From contig JAVBMD010000012.1 of assembly GCA_031552825.1 (NCBI GenBank), positions 2,317 to 66,316 on the forward strand: a stretch of 64,000 nucleotides of DNA. Reading direction: 5' to 3'. Position 1 is the first letter of the stretch, and each line of letters begins with the position of its first letter. The position numbers and the translations under genes are program-made. Below are positions 37,163 through 46,742 of the stretch, one piece after another. This DNA is from Eubacteriales bacterium. Its GTDB lineage: Bacteria; Bacillota; Clostridia; Christensenellales; Aristaeellaceae. The notes beneath the pieces were generated by a model that was given only the letters and a program-made list of their open reading frames with translations, did not search any database and had not been told where the DNA came from.

Positions 37163-37936
37163 TTACATAAACTTGCGCATGTGCTGCAGCGCGGTTTTCT
37201 CCAGCCGCGAAACCTGTGCCTGCGAAATGCCAATCTCGTTGGCTACTTCCATCTGCGTGCGGCCGTCGAAGAAACGCAGCTTGAGGATATGCTTCTCGCG
37301 CTCGCCGAGCCGATGCATCGCCTCGCGGATGGAGATCTCCTCCAGCCATAGTTCGTCGGCATGTTTATCGTCCTTGACCTGATCCATAATGTAAAGCGCG
37401 TCTCCCCCGTCGCTATAGACCGGCTCGAACAGCGAGACCGGATCCTGTATCGCCTCTAGCGCGAACACCACATCCTCGGCGGGCAGTTGCATCGCTTTGG
37501 CCAGCTCGTTCACGGTGGGCTCGCGCCCTAGCTCCGAAGCCATGCGATCACGCGCCTGCAGCGCCTTATAGGCGATGTCGCGCAGCGAACGGCTGACACG
37601 GATGGCGTTGTTATCGCGCAGATACCGGCGGATTTCGCCGATAATCATCGGCACCGCGTAGGTGGAGAAGCGCACGTTATGCGATACGTCAAAGTTGTCC
37701 AGCGCCTTGATGAGTCCAATGCATCCTACCTGAAAAAGATCGTCTACGTTCTCGCCACGGTTGTTGAAGCGCTGAATCACGCTGAGCACCAGGCGCAGAT
37801 TGCCTCGAATAAATTCCTCGCGCGCCACCAGATCGCCGCCATGCACCAAAGGAAAAAGCTCTCGCATCCGCTCGTTGGAAAGCACCGGCAGCGTGGAGGT
37901 GTCCACGCCGCAAATCTCGACTTTGTTGAGCGCCAT
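37163..37936 (-). CDS. sigG: Sporulation sigma factor SigG
   Basis: ..VEICGVDTSTLPVL...NLRLVLSVIQRFNNRGENVDDLFQVGCIGLIKALDNFD is a SigG/SigF-type sequence, positioned directly after sigE. Confidence 0.9.
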   Translation of the reverse strand: MALNKVEICGVDTSTLPVLSNERMRELFPLVHGGDLVAREEFIRGNLRLVLSVIQRFNNRGENVDDLFQVGCIGLIKALDNFDVSHNVRFSTYAVPMIIGEIRRYLRDNNAIRVSRSLRDIAYKALQARDRMASELGREPTVNELAKAMQLPAEDVVFALEAIQDPVSLFEPVYSDGGDALYIMDQVKDDKHADELWLEEISIREAMHRLGEREKHILKLRFFDGRTQMEVANEIGISQAQVSRLEKTALQHMRKFM

Positions 37937-37967
37937 CTCTGTTCCCTCCGTTCAACCGGATGGAACC

Positions 37968-37996
37968 ATTATTGCCCCGCGCATGGGGATTTATTC
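37968..37996 (-). promoter_or_regulatory. Candidate sigma-F/sigma-G type promoter for sigG
   Basis: The minus strand reads GAATA, a 17-nt spacer, then CAATAAT, about 30 nt upstream of the sigG ATG. It resembles the forespore promoter consensus as I recall it. Confidence 0.35.
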
Positions 37997-38020
37997 GGTC
38001 AAAAGGCGTCCGGCGGACGT

Positions 38021-38800
38021 TTAGCCGAGGCGCGCCATCTCCTTTTGCAGGCGGCCGAGGATGCGCTTTTCGAGGCGGGAAATGTAGGATTGAGAGATGC
38101 CCATAATGTCGGCCACCTCCTTCTGCGTCTTTTCCGCGCCACCGTGCAGGCCGAAGCGCAGCTCCATAATGCTCTTTTCCCGATCCGACAGCCGCATCAG
38201 TGCCGAGGCCAGCAGCTGCTTCTCTACGCCCTCCTCGATGGACTTGTAAACCATGTCGCCCTCGGTACCCAAGATGTCGGAGAGCAGCAGCTCGTTTCCG
38301 TCCCAATCGGTGTTGAGCGGTTCATCGAGCGAAACCTCCATCTTGGTGCGGTTGTTGCGCCGCAAAAACATCAGAATCTCGTTCTCGATGCAGCGCGAGG
38401 CGTAAGTCGCCAGCTTGATGCGCTTATCGGGATCGAAGGTGTTGACGGCCTTGATGAGGCCGATGGTACCGATGGAGATCAAATCCTCGATGCCCACACC
38501 GGTATTTTCAAACTTACGGGCGATGTATACCACCAGCCGCAGATTGCGCTCGATGAGCAGGCTGCGCACCGCCGGGTCGCGCTCCTTTAGCTTAACGACC
38601 AGCACTTCCTCCTCCTCGCGCGTCAGCGGCGCGGGCAACGCGTCGCTGCCGCCGATGTATTCCACGCTCCCCCGCGTCACCCGCGCGATCAGCGCTAACG
38701 CGCGGACGCGGAAGCGCGAGGGGCTCTCCCATCTCTCGTATGGCTCCTGCGCCAACTCCATGCCACGCCTCCTTCTTTGCTCGGGATAATCATCGTACAT
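38021..38800 (-). CDS. sigE: Pro-sigma-E sporulation sigma factor
   Basis: [17 protein letters not shown] follows the pro-sequence, then ..[47 protein letters not shown]. Confidence 0.9.
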   Translation of the reverse strand: MYDDYPEQRRRRGMELAQEPYERWESPSRFRVRALALIARVTRGSVEYIGGSDALPAPLTREEEEVLVVKLKERDPAVRSLLIERNLRLVVYIARKFENTGVGIEDLISIGTIGLIKAVNTFDPDKRIKLATYASRCIENEILMFLRRNNRTKMEVSLDEPLNTDWDGNELLLSDILGTEGDMVYKSIEEGVEKQLLASALMRLSDREKSIMELRFGLHGGAEKTQKEVADIMGISQSYISRLEKRILGRLQKEMARLG

Positions 38801-38831
38801 CTTTGGTACCTCCCTTCGCTTGTACGCGCGG

Positions 38832-39614
38832 CTAGGCCGCTACCAGCGCCGCCGGAATCAGCGCCAGCGCCCCTTCCGGCATGGCGTGCAGGCCGATGGC
38901 CACCATGGCGCGCACCGGCTGCCAGACGCCTTGGCAGCGCACCTCCATGCTGCTGGGGCGAAAGCACATCAGCATGCGCGTCCCCCCGGTTGTAGCGGCG
39001 CAAACCAGCCGGAAGCCCGGTGGCAGCGTCTCCAAACGCGTTGGATCGCACCCCTCGGGCAGCAGCGAGCGCAGCAGCGCCTGCGGCACAATGACCACCG
39101 GCAAGCCGCTGAATGGCTCGGTGAGCAGATTGCCGGTGTCGACCAGCCCTTCCACCTCGGCATCAGCGTCGCCGTAGCGCAGGCGAATTTGCGCAAGGCG
39201 CACCTGCCTTGCCCTGCGCATACCCCGTCGCGCCGCCGCGCCCAAAGCCACCGCCAGCACCGCGCCCAGCGGCGCGATCAGCGGTAAGCCGCCCAATGCC
39301 TGCGCCAACGCGAACACCGTGCCGCCCATCAAAAACGTGACGGCGCACAGCAGCGCCACGGCGCGCAACAGATGCAGCCACCGGTGCCACCGCGCAGCCA
39401 CACACAGCATGAGCGCGCTGGCTATCAGCGCCACAGGCAGGCTGCGTAGCGACGCCAGCCTCGGCAGGCAGGCGGCGGCAGCATACACAGCACCAAGCAG
39501 CGAGGCCAGCGCAATGCGCCAGATCCGCAGCGGACGCGCGCACCAGCGCAGCGCCACGCACAGCAGCGCCGCGTCCATGCAGGCATTGAGCAACAGAAAG
39601 TTCTCCAGCCGCAC
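38832..39614 (-). CDS. spoIIGA: Sigma-E processing peptidase SpoIIGA
   Basis: Five N-terminal TM helices and the aspartic protease motif GLVDTGNLL. Start set at GTG 39614; the longer ORF-track N-terminus looks non-coding. Confidence 0.8.
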   Translation of the reverse strand: MRLENFLLLNACMDAALLCVALRWCARPLRIWRIALASLLGAVYAAAACLPRLASLRSLPVALIASALMLCVAARWHRWLHLLRAVALLCAVTFLMGGTVFALAQALGGLPLIAPLGAVLAVALGAAARRGMRRARQVRLAQIRLRYGDADAEVEGLVDTGNLLTEPFSGLPVVIVPQALLRSLLPEGCDPTRLETLPPGFRLVCAATTGGTRMLMCFRPSSMEVRCQGVWQPVRAMVAIGLHAMPEGALALIPAALVAA

Positions 39615-39834
39615 GCATCCACCGCCTCTCTCGCGCAGCGTCGCCTGCCGCAGGCGGTACGCTTGCCCCTGCCACACATTATATTCAGATACCCCATGCG
39701 GATATGTTGAACCGCGCGCAAAGAAAGTACGATTCCTGCCGCGCGCTCGACAGACTTTTGCGCCTTCGAGGAATTTTCCTCCATTCCACAGCAATCGTAT
39801 CGCAACGACTCTTTTGTTCCGTGGAGCGCGGCGG

Positions 39835-39841
39835 TTCGACA
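39835..39841 (-). promoter_or_regulatory. Candidate Spo0A box (TGTCGAA) upstream of spoIIGA
   Basis: Exact TGTCGAA on the minus strand about 220 nt upstream of the spoIIGA start. A second near-match (TGTCGAG) lies at 39746-39752. Confidence 0.3.
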
Positions 39842-39974
39842 ACATTTAGTGGATATGCGCGGCATTCTACACAATAGGATGTGGATGGCGCGAAAAGGGC
39901 ATAAAAAAAGACCGCCGGAGTGGTGGAAGGATCAGAATCCCTCCATCGCCCCGGCAGCCCCTTTCAAGACAAGC

Positions 39975-40682
39975 CTACGGATGCACCACAGTACCCATTT
40001 CCTCTCCATCCATCACGCGCAGGATGTTCTCCGGCTGCTCAAGGCCGAACACGCGAATGGCGGGCACCTTGTTCTCATTGCAGATGGTCAGCGCCGAAGG
40101 ATCCATCACGCGCAAGCCACGCAAGATGGCCTCACTGTAGGTGAGGTCGGTGAGCATCTTGGCGTTGGGGTTGGTGCGCGGATCGTCGTCGTACACGCCG
40201 TCGATGTTCTTGGCAAGCAGGATGGCGTCGGCCTCGATCTCCACTGCGCGCAGCGCGGCGGCGGTGTCGGTGGAGAAGAAGGGGTTGCCTGTGCCGCAGG
40301 CGAAGAGCAGCACGCGATCTTTCTCCAAGTGACGAATGGCTCGGCGATAGGTGTAGGGCTCGGCGAAGCGGATCATCTCCACGGCGGTTTGCACGCGGGT
40401 CTCAACATCCAAGCGCTCGATAGCATCCTGCATAGCGAGGGAATTGATCATCGTGCCGAGCATACCCATGTGGTCGGCGGTGGTGGCGTTCATGTTGGCG
40501 GCGGGGCCTTGGCGGCCTCGCCAGATGTTGCCCGCGCCGATCACGATGGCGATCTGTGCCCCGCGGCGGCTCAGCTCCGCGATCACCTCAGCCACGCGAT
40601 CGATCTGCGCATGGTCGAACAGGCGGCCATTATCCCCCAGCGCTTCCCCGCTGAGCTTAATCAGCACCCGACGGTAGATCAT
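39975..40682 (-). CDS. pyrH: UMP kinase
   Basis: YRRVLIKLSGEAL...IVIGAGNIWRG...TADHMGMLGTMINSLA. Confidence 0.9.
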   Translation of the reverse strand: MIYRRVLIKLSGEALGDNGRLFDHAQIDRVAEVIAELSRRGAQIAIVIGAGNIWRGRQGPAANMNATTADHMGMLGTMINSLAMQDAIERLDVETRVQTAVEMIRFAEPYTYRRAIRHLEKDRVLLFACGTGNPFFSTDTAAALRAVEIEADAILLAKNIDGVYDDDPRTNPNAKMLTDLTYSEAILRGLRVMDPSALTICNENKVPAIRVFGLEQPENILRVMDGEEMGTVVHP

Positions 40683-40773
40683 GCCGATTCCTCCTTCGTC
40701 CTTTTAATAGTTGGTCTTTTAAGAAAGGAACACGATCGCGTCGCCGCGAGGGTGTTCCTTACGTTTGTGTGAT

Positions 40774-41715
40774 TTAGAGCTGTCCGCCCGTCTGCGCCAT
40801 AACCTCTTCGGCGAAGTTATCTACGCGCTTCTCGAGACCCTCACCGCGCTCGAAACGAGTGAAGCGGTTGATGGTAATCTTTGCGCCGTTGGCCTTGGAG
40901 GCCTCCTCGACCAGCTCGCGGATCGACTTGTCCGGATCCTTCACGTAGGGCTGCTCGGTCAGGCAAACCTCTTTATAATACTTCTCGATGCGTCCTTCGA
41001 CCATCTTTTCGACGATCTTTTCGGGCTTGCCTTCGTTGAGCGCCTGCGCGCGCAGCACTTCCTTTTCCTTATCGAGCGCCTCGGTAGGCACCTCGACGCG
41101 CTCCAAATACTGCGGATTGGCGGCGGCGATGTGCATCGCGATATCATGCACCAGTCCCTTGAACGCCTCGCCCCGGGCGACGGAGGTGCTGTCACACCCG
41201 ATCTCCACGAGCACGCCGATGCGGCCGCCCATGTGGATATAGGCGTCCTCGATGCCCTCGCCCTTTAGCTCGTAGCGCACGAAGCGGCGGATGCTGAGCT
41301 TCTCGCCAATGGCGACGGTCGCCTCGCCGATCAGGTCGCTGACGATCTTGCTGCTGTCTTTCGCATAGGATTGCGCCAACAGGGCATCGACATCGGCGGG
41401 ACTTTTCTCGGCGATGTGCGCGGCAACGTCGTGCACAAGCTCCTTGAAGTTGTCGGTCTTGGCGACGAAGTCGGTCTCACAGTTGATCTCCAGCAGCACG
41501 CCGACCTTGCCATCCGTGCCGATGAAGGAATCCACGATGCCCTCGGCGGCGATGCGGCCAGCCTTCTTGGCGGCGGCGGCCAAGCCCTTCTCGCGCAGGA
41601 AATCAATGGCCTTGTCCATATCGCCGCCGCACTCCTGCAGCGCCTTTTTGCAATCCATCATGCCCGCGCCGGTGCGCTCCCGAAGCTCTTTGACCAATGC
41701 GGCAGTAATTTCCAT
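40774..41715 (-). CDS. tsf: Translation elongation factor Ts
   Basis: [28 protein letters not shown] is the canonical EF-Ts N-terminus. Confidence 0.9.
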   Translation of the reverse strand: MEITAALVKELRERTGAGMMDCKKALQECGGDMDKAIDFLREKGLAAAAKKAGRIAAEGIVDSFIGTDGKVGVLLEINCETDFVAKTDNFKELVHDVAAHIAEKSPADVDALLAQSYAKDSSKIVSDLIGEATVAIGEKLSIRRFVRYELKGEGIEDAYIHMGGRIGVLVEIGCDSTSVARGEAFKGLVHDIAMHIAAANPQYLERVEVPTEALDKEKEVLRAQALNEGKPEKIVEKMVEGRIEKYYKEVCLTEQPYVKDPDKSIRELVEEASKANGAKITINRFTRFERGEGLEKRVDNFAEEVMAQTGGQL

Positions 41716-41805
41716 AAGTATTCCTCCTGTTCATTCGGTCGTAGCGATATTTCCCTGAAAAGGGGAAGGTCGATCGCCTTCCCCCTCCGCATAAACGATG
41801 TCTTA

Positions 41806-42543
41806 TTACGCTTCGACAGCCTCGGCTGCAGCTTCCGGCGCGGCGTCGGGCTCCATCTGCTCGCCCTGCTTGCCTTCGAGCACAGCGTCGGCCATCTTGC
41901 CCGCGATGAGCTTCACGGCACGAATGGCGTCGTCATTGCCGGGGATGAGGTAATCGATCTCGTCGGGATCGCAGTTGGTATCGACGATGGCGACGATCGG
42001 GATGCCAAGGATGCGCGCCTCGCTGACGGCGATGTGCTCCTTGCGCGGATCGACGACGAACAGCGCGCCGGGCAGCTTCTTCATTTCGCGGATGCCGCCG
42101 AGGTTGTTCTCGAGCTTCTCGCGCTCTGCCATCAGCTTGATGACTTCCTTCTTGGGCAGAACGTTGAAATCGCCGCGCGCTTCCATCGCGTCGATAGAAT
42201 TCAGGCGCGCGATACGGGTTTTGATGGTGCCGAAGTTGGTGAGCATGCCGCCCAGCCAACGGTTATTCACAAAGAACATGTTGCAGCGCTTGGCTTCCTG
42301 CTCGATGGACTCCTGCGCCTGCTTCTTGGTGCCGACGAACAGGATGCTCTTGCCTTCCATCGCCACGTTGCGAACGAACATGTAGGCCTCGTCGATCTTG
42401 CGGACGGTTTTCTGCAGGTCAATGATGTAGATGCCGTTGCGCTCGGTAAAGATGTAGGGCGCCATTTTGGGGTTCCAGCGGCGGGTTTGGTGGCCGAAGT
42501 GTACACCGGCCTCCAGCAGTTGCTTCATAGAAATAACAGCCAT
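41806..42543 (-). CDS. rpsB: 30S ribosomal protein S2
   Basis: Start ATG 42543 (AGGAGGAA upstream). [27 protein letters not shown]. Confidence 0.9.
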   Translation of the reverse strand: MAVISMKQLLEAGVHFGHQTRRWNPKMAPYIFTERNGIYIIDLQKTVRKIDEAYMFVRNVAMEGKSILFVGTKKQAQESIEQEAKRCNMFFVNNRWLGGMLTNFGTIKTRIARLNSIDAMEARGDFNVLPKKEVIKLMAEREKLENNLGGIREMKKLPGALFVVDPRKEHIAVSEARILGIPIVAIVDTNCDPDEIDYLIPGNDDAIRAVKLIAGKMADAVLEGKQGEQMEPDAAPEAAAEAVEA

Positions 42544-42642
42544 GGTGGGTTCCTCCTTTTTTTCCTCCCCCAGCTTCCACTCTGCGGCGAACCGTGGACA
42601 CGGCAAAGCACCGAAAATCGGCTGAGGTGCGTTTTCCGAAGT

Positions 42643-42671
42643 ATTATAGCACAGGAAGGCCTGTCGAGCAA
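42643..42671 (-). promoter_or_regulatory. Putative sigma-A promoter of rpsB-tsf
   Basis: The minus strand reads TTGCTC, a 17-nt spacer ending in TGC (extended -10 like), then TATAAT, about 100 nt upstream of the rpsB ATG. Confidence 0.5.
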
Positions 42672-42683
42672 GCAAAATCGGGA

Positions 42684-43212
42684 TGCAATTCTAAAAGGGT
42701 AAGTTCCCAAAGTAAATTCCACAATGGACATGGTTGTAGAATTTAGTATGAGACGGAAAAAGAGGTGGAACTAAGTCCGGGAAATTTATAGTATCTCAAG
42801 ATTCCCGAGCCAGAGGCAAAAACAGCAACCGCCCGCAGGCGGCGCGGAAGCGGCCTTGGAATGGCGCGGGGAAAATGCTATAATAAGCCTGCGATGGTCG
42901 ACAAGGAACAGTAGTATCTCTGAGTTCCGTCACCATCGGCATGGTTTGGGAGCATTTTCCCCGCGCCATTTCAAGGCTTGCGGACGACATGCAGTTTCCC
43001 AAACTAAGTTCCTCCATAGTAGCGTTTAGTCTGGGAAGCCATCTTTTCAGGCTTATTTCGTGTATGTGCATTTCCTTCTCAGCGAGGCGTAATTCCCACT
43101 TTATAGGCGAATTGCCCGCTTTTCGCAGACTTACTTCCGCCCGTTCCCATAGTAAAGTCAACATCTCTTCTATGATGGATCTTACTTTGGGAATTTACGT
43201 GCAATTCTAAAA
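42684..43212. mobile_element. MITE-like non-coding insertion: about 503-bp AT-richer core with imperfect terminal inverted repeats, flanked by exact 13-bp direct repeats
   Basis: TGCAATTCTAAAA occurs at 42684-42696 and 43200-43212. The termini GGTAAGTTCCCAAAGTAAATTCC and (rc) CGTAAATTCCCAAAGTAAGATCC match at about 18 of 23 positions. The core has internal copies of the end motif and a long hairpin. Confidence 0.45.
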
Positions 43213-43273
43213 ATCAAAAAATCTAAACGCGCCTGCGGCGGAACGCCGAGGCGCGAATATTGCTATCGGGATA

Positions 43274-43732
43274 TCAACCGCGCGATTTTGCGCGCGCACC
43301 AGCGCGCGCGCCGGAGTCCCCCATACGCCGCGCGTACAGCTCATATTGCTGGATCAAGTTGGCGACGCCGCGACCCAGCATCCTAAAGCGCAGGTTCACC
43401 TGTTCGCGCCTGTCGTTATAAAAGCGCAGGAGCACGGTATCGGTCTTTTCGGCGGAGCGATAAAAAAATCCCATGCCGCTTATCAGCAGCAGCGAGAATC
43501 CGATGAAGTTTGCCGCCCAGCTCTTCTTAGCCTGCGCGGCATTCGCGCGCTGCTCGGGCGAATAGAATTCGATGATGTCGCCGATCGGGATGCGATAGAG
43601 GCACTCATCCTCGCGCAGGTACTCGCTGCGGTCGAGGAAAAGCTCGAACTCGGTCAGCGAAAAGGCGCAGATATAGTCCTCCGCTAGGTCGCTGTGCTCG
43701 GGGTCGATTTGGCCGACGAATTTGTGCGGCAT
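43274..43732 (-). CDS. Hypothetical protein with one central TM helix
   Basis: 152-aa ORF with an ATG start and a hydrophobic segment FIGFSLLLISGMGFFY. No family recognised. Confidence 0.4.
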   Translation of the reverse strand: MPHKFVGQIDPEHSDLAEDYICAFSLTEFELFLDRSEYLREDECLYRIPIGDIIEFYSPEQRANAAQAKKSWAANFIGFSLLLISGMGFFYRSAEKTDTVLLRFYNDRREQVNLRFRMLGRGVANLIQQYELYARRMGDSGARAGARAKSRG

Positions 43733-43817
43733 GATGTGTGTACTCCTTCTTCACTTGCAAATATTCAAAAAAATCCAGCGAAGCGCGGAAGCGTTCCGTT
43801 GGATCTCGATTGAGCAA

Positions 43818-44183
43818 GGGTTGCGAGCGCTGTCTGTAAGCCGAGTTCTGTCTTGAACGGCCATCTATCTAGGCCCGCCGTTGCCGGTGGGCTCCAGCGA
43901 AACTATAGGAGCGCGACGGGCAGCCGCATGTGCTCCCAATGTTCTTGCACCAGGTGGGGTTTACATCGCGGACAAGTCGCCAAGCCGCGGGTGAGCTCTT
44001 ACCTCGCCTTTCCATCCTTACCGCCCCCAAGCGACCGAATCATCGATCGCCCAACGACGGCGGTCTCTTTCTGTTGCACTTTCCTTGGAGTCGCCTCCAC
44101 CGGGGGTTACCCGGCACCCTGCCCTATGGAGCTCGGACTTTCCTCATGCCGAAGCATGCGGCCGTCCGGCAGCCTCGCAACCA
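43818..44183 (-). ncRNA. rnpB: RNase P RNA, bacterial type A
   Basis: The minus strand contains GAGGAAAGTCCGAGCTCCATAGGGCAGGGTGCCGGGTAACCCCCGG...AAGTGCAACAGAAA...ACAGAACTCGGCTTACAG. P1 pairing is GTTGCGAG / CTCGCAAC. Ends are approximate to about 10 nt. Confidence 0.85.
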
Positions 44184-44218
44184 CGGGAAGCATAGCATGC
44201 GGCGGTGGGGTTGTCAAG

Positions 44219-44926
44219 TTACTTCACCAGCAAAATCCGCCCGCAGTTCTCGCACTCCACAGCGGCGCTGCCTGCGCGGATCTTGTGCAGCACAGCCTGC
44301 GGCAGCGACATGTTACAGCCGCCGCAGCGGTCGTCATTGAGGCGCGACATGGGCGGCATGCTGTGCCGCTTGATGGTGTTGTATTTATCGAGCATGTCGG
44401 GCTGGATCTCCTTAGCGGCCTTTGCGGCGCGCGCCTTGAGCTGCTCCAGCTCGGCGGCCTGCCCCTTGTAGGCTTCGTCATAGGTTTTCTTGATTTGGTC
44501 AAACTCGGCCTTGACCTTTGCGGCGCGCACGCGCACCTCATGCTGCTGGCGGTCGCGGGCATCGGCGTCCTTGCGCATCTTGCTCAGCTCGGCTTCATAG
44601 CGCGTGATGCTGGCGATCAGCTTCTGCGCGGTAGCGATCATTGCCTCGGTCTCTTCCAAGGTTTGCGGCTCCTGCGTGTTCAGCTTGCCGGAAAGCTCGG
44701 CCACGCTGTCACGCAAGCGCACGACCTCGTCCTGCAGCGCCTCCATGCGGTCGGCCATCACGGCAACCTCGCTCTCGATGCGCTTGACGACGTTCTGCTG
44801 TTCAACCAAAAAATCGCGATTCTTTATCAGCTTTTGACGGTTAGGATCCTGCTTCATCTCGCGCTCAAAACGCTCCACCTCGATGTCCACCTGCTGATAC
44901 TGCCACAATAGCTCCAACTGATCCAT
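44219..44926 (-). CDS. Coiled-coil protein with C-terminal C4 zinc ribbon (COG1579/DUF164-like)
   Basis: Start ATG 44926 (GGAGGAG upstream), long heptad-rich region, and a C-terminal CGGCNMSLP...CENCGRILL. Commonly found next to Nif3. Confidence 0.7.
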   Translation of the reverse strand: MDQLELLWQYQQVDIEVERFEREMKQDPNRQKLIKNRDFLVEQQNVVKRIESEVAVMADRMEALQDEVVRLRDSVAELSGKLNTQEPQTLEETEAMIATAQKLIASITRYEAELSKMRKDADARDRQQHEVRVRAAKVKAEFDQIKKTYDEAYKGQAAELEQLKARAAKAAKEIQPDMLDKYNTIKRHSMPPMSRLNDDRCGGCNMSLPQAVLHKIRAGSAAVECENCGRILLVK

Positions 44927-44980
44927 AGGTTTCTCCTCCTCCGGCGCGGCAAGCTGCCGCAATCCACAAAACGCGCCCGG

Positions 44981-45748
44981 CTAAGCGAACGGCGCGCACG
45001 ACGACAAAACTACACGTACGGGATATTGTACCGCATTCGCCGCGCTTTGTAAAGTCTTGTGCAGCGCCGTCACGCCCGGCCATTCTGTGGCGAAATGCCC
45101 GGCGGACAGCGCGTGTACCCCGGCCTGCGTCGCGGCCAGCGCGTGATGTAGCTTGCACTCGCCGGTGAGGAAGCAATCCGCCCCGGCGGGCAGCGCCTCC
45201 TCCCAATAGTCGCTGCCCGCGCCGCCGCAGACCGTGAGCCGCCGCACAGGCTCCTCCCAGCCCGGCACGCCGAAGCAGCGCACGACATCGCCCAGCGCCG
45301 CCTGCACCCGCGCGGCCAACGCCTGCAGCGGCAGCGGCTCCGGCAGGGCGACGGTGCGGGTGATGCCCTCGCCGCCTTCGCCGGGGAAGCCCAGCGCCGC
45401 CAACAGCGCGTCGTTGATGCCGCCGGGGGCCTTGTCGAAGTTGGTGTGCGCGGCGATCAGCGAAAGGTCGGCGCGCGCCAGCTCGGCCAGCAGCCGTCCT
45501 TCGCGATCCTCCTCGCGCAGGTCGCGGCGCGGCGAAAACAGCAGCGGATGGTGCGTGACCAGCAGTTGCGCGCCAATGCTTTTCGCCTCGGCAATGACGC
45601 CCTCGGTGGCGTCCATCGCCACGAGCACGGTATCCGCCGCCCGGTCGGCGCGGCCGACCAGCAGACCGACATTGTCGTACGATTCGGCAGTATCGAAAGG
45701 CGCGAAGCCGTCGATCAGGTCGCGCAACATGCCAACGGTGGTTTTCAT
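44981..45748 (-). CDS. Nif3-like dinuclear metal centre protein
   Basis: Start at MKTTVGML.. (ATG 45748). DNVGLLVG, LLVTHHPLLF, IAAHTNFD and GHFATE motifs. The ORF-track N-terminal 244 aa overlaps trmK in another frame and was removed. Confidence 0.85.
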   Translation of the reverse strand: MKTTVGMLRDLIDGFAPFDTAESYDNVGLLVGRADRAADTVLVAMDATEGVIAEAKSIGAQLLVTHHPLLFSPRRDLREEDREGRLLAELARADLSLIAAHTNFDKAPGGINDALLAALGFPGEGGEGITRTVALPEPLPLQALAARVQAALGDVVRCFGVPGWEEPVRRLTVCGGAGSDYWEEALPAGADCFLTGECKLHHALAATQAGVHALSAGHFATEWPGVTALHKTLQSAANAVQYPVRVVLSSCAPFA

Positions 45749-46452
45749 AGCAATTCCTCCTCGATCCAAGCGATCTCCCGCAGGCAGGCGGCCAGGCGCG
45801 CCGCGAGATCGGGCTTGGTTAAATCCGCTGTGGTTTGGAGGCGCTGCGCCACGCGGGTCAGCACCTTTTTTCGCCAACGAAGGTATGGCATAAATTCCGG
45901 CGGGCGCTCCGCCAGCAGGCATGGGCCGAGCGCGCAAGCCTTGTCGTCCAGCGGTGCCGCCGTGCCGCGCCGCGCGCACAGAATCACATAATAGCGCCCG
46001 GCCGCCGCCGCCACCGCCTCGGCCTCCAGCGCATAGCCATGCTCCGTCAACCAGCGCCGCAGCATCGGCACATCGACATTGGCCTGCAGGATCACGCGCG
46101 CGGCGCCGACCGCCTCGTCCGCGCCGGGGGCAGCGAGAATACCCTGCAGCGTTTCCGCGCCCATGCCTGCCAGCACGATGGCCTGCACCGGCTGCCCGGC
46201 CAGTGCCTTGAGCCCATCGGCCACCGCGAAGCGCACGCGCTCCTCGAGGCCGCGCGCCGCCAGCAGCCGCCGCGCCTTGGCCAGCGAATCGGCACTGATA
46301 TCGGCCACCACCATGCGCAGCTCCGGCCGCACGGTGAGCAGCGCGCAGGCCAACCGCCCGTGATCCGCACCGATATCGGCGACCCAAGCGGCGCCCTCGG
46401 GGATGAGGGCGGCGATGGCTTGCAGGCGCTCGTCGAGCCAGTCGTTGCGCAT
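45745..46452 (-). CDS. trmK: tRNA (adenine22-N1)-methyltransferase TrmK
   Basis: Start ATG 46452 (AAGGAG upstream). LDERLQAIAALIPEGAAWVADIGADHGRL is the typical TrmK N-terminus. ATGA overlap with the Nif3 gene. Confidence 0.8.
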   Translation of the reverse strand: MRNDWLDERLQAIAALIPEGAAWVADIGADHGRLACALLTVRPELRMVVADISADSLAKARRLLAARGLEERVRFAVADGLKALAGQPVQAIVLAGMGAETLQGILAAPGADEAVGAARVILQANVDVPMLRRWLTEHGYALEAEAVAAAAGRYYVILCARRGTAAPLDDKACALGPCLLAERPPEFMPYLRWRKKVLTRVAQRLQTTADLTKPDLAARLAACLREIAWIEEELL

Positions 46453-46742
46453 GGGCGGACTCCTTTCGATTGTAACCCAAGTAAAAAGCCGCGTTGACGC
46501 TGCGTTTGGAAATAGGAGGATTATACCGCAGTCCGCAAGATTAATCAACGTCGGCGCGCCTCAAAAAGCGCGGACGCGCCTTTGCGTGCGTGGCGAAATA
46601 TGGAATAGCGGCGAACAACGCTGTCCCCTAACACATACAATGTTACAGAAAACGACAAATGCGATTTGCGATATGGCCTAGAAGCGCCATGCATGACATG
46701 TATCTGAACGATTTCAACAGAATCTATGAAGGAGAAATTCGT

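Noticed and set aside
42796-43164. 122-aa minus-strand ORF inside the MITE-like element, considered as a possible small transposase or regulator.
   Set aside because: It has no Shine-Dalgarno sequence and an odd composition. It spans the hairpin and repeat motifs, so its sequence is dictated by the DNA repeats. It has no recognisable DNA-binding or catalytic motif.
45749-46480. N-terminal 244-aa extension of the Nif3 ORF (ORF track 44981-46480).
   Set aside because: The extension is Arg/Gly/Ala-rich and overlaps trmK in another frame. A canonical Nif3 N-terminus starts at ATG 45748 with ATGA coupling to trmK.
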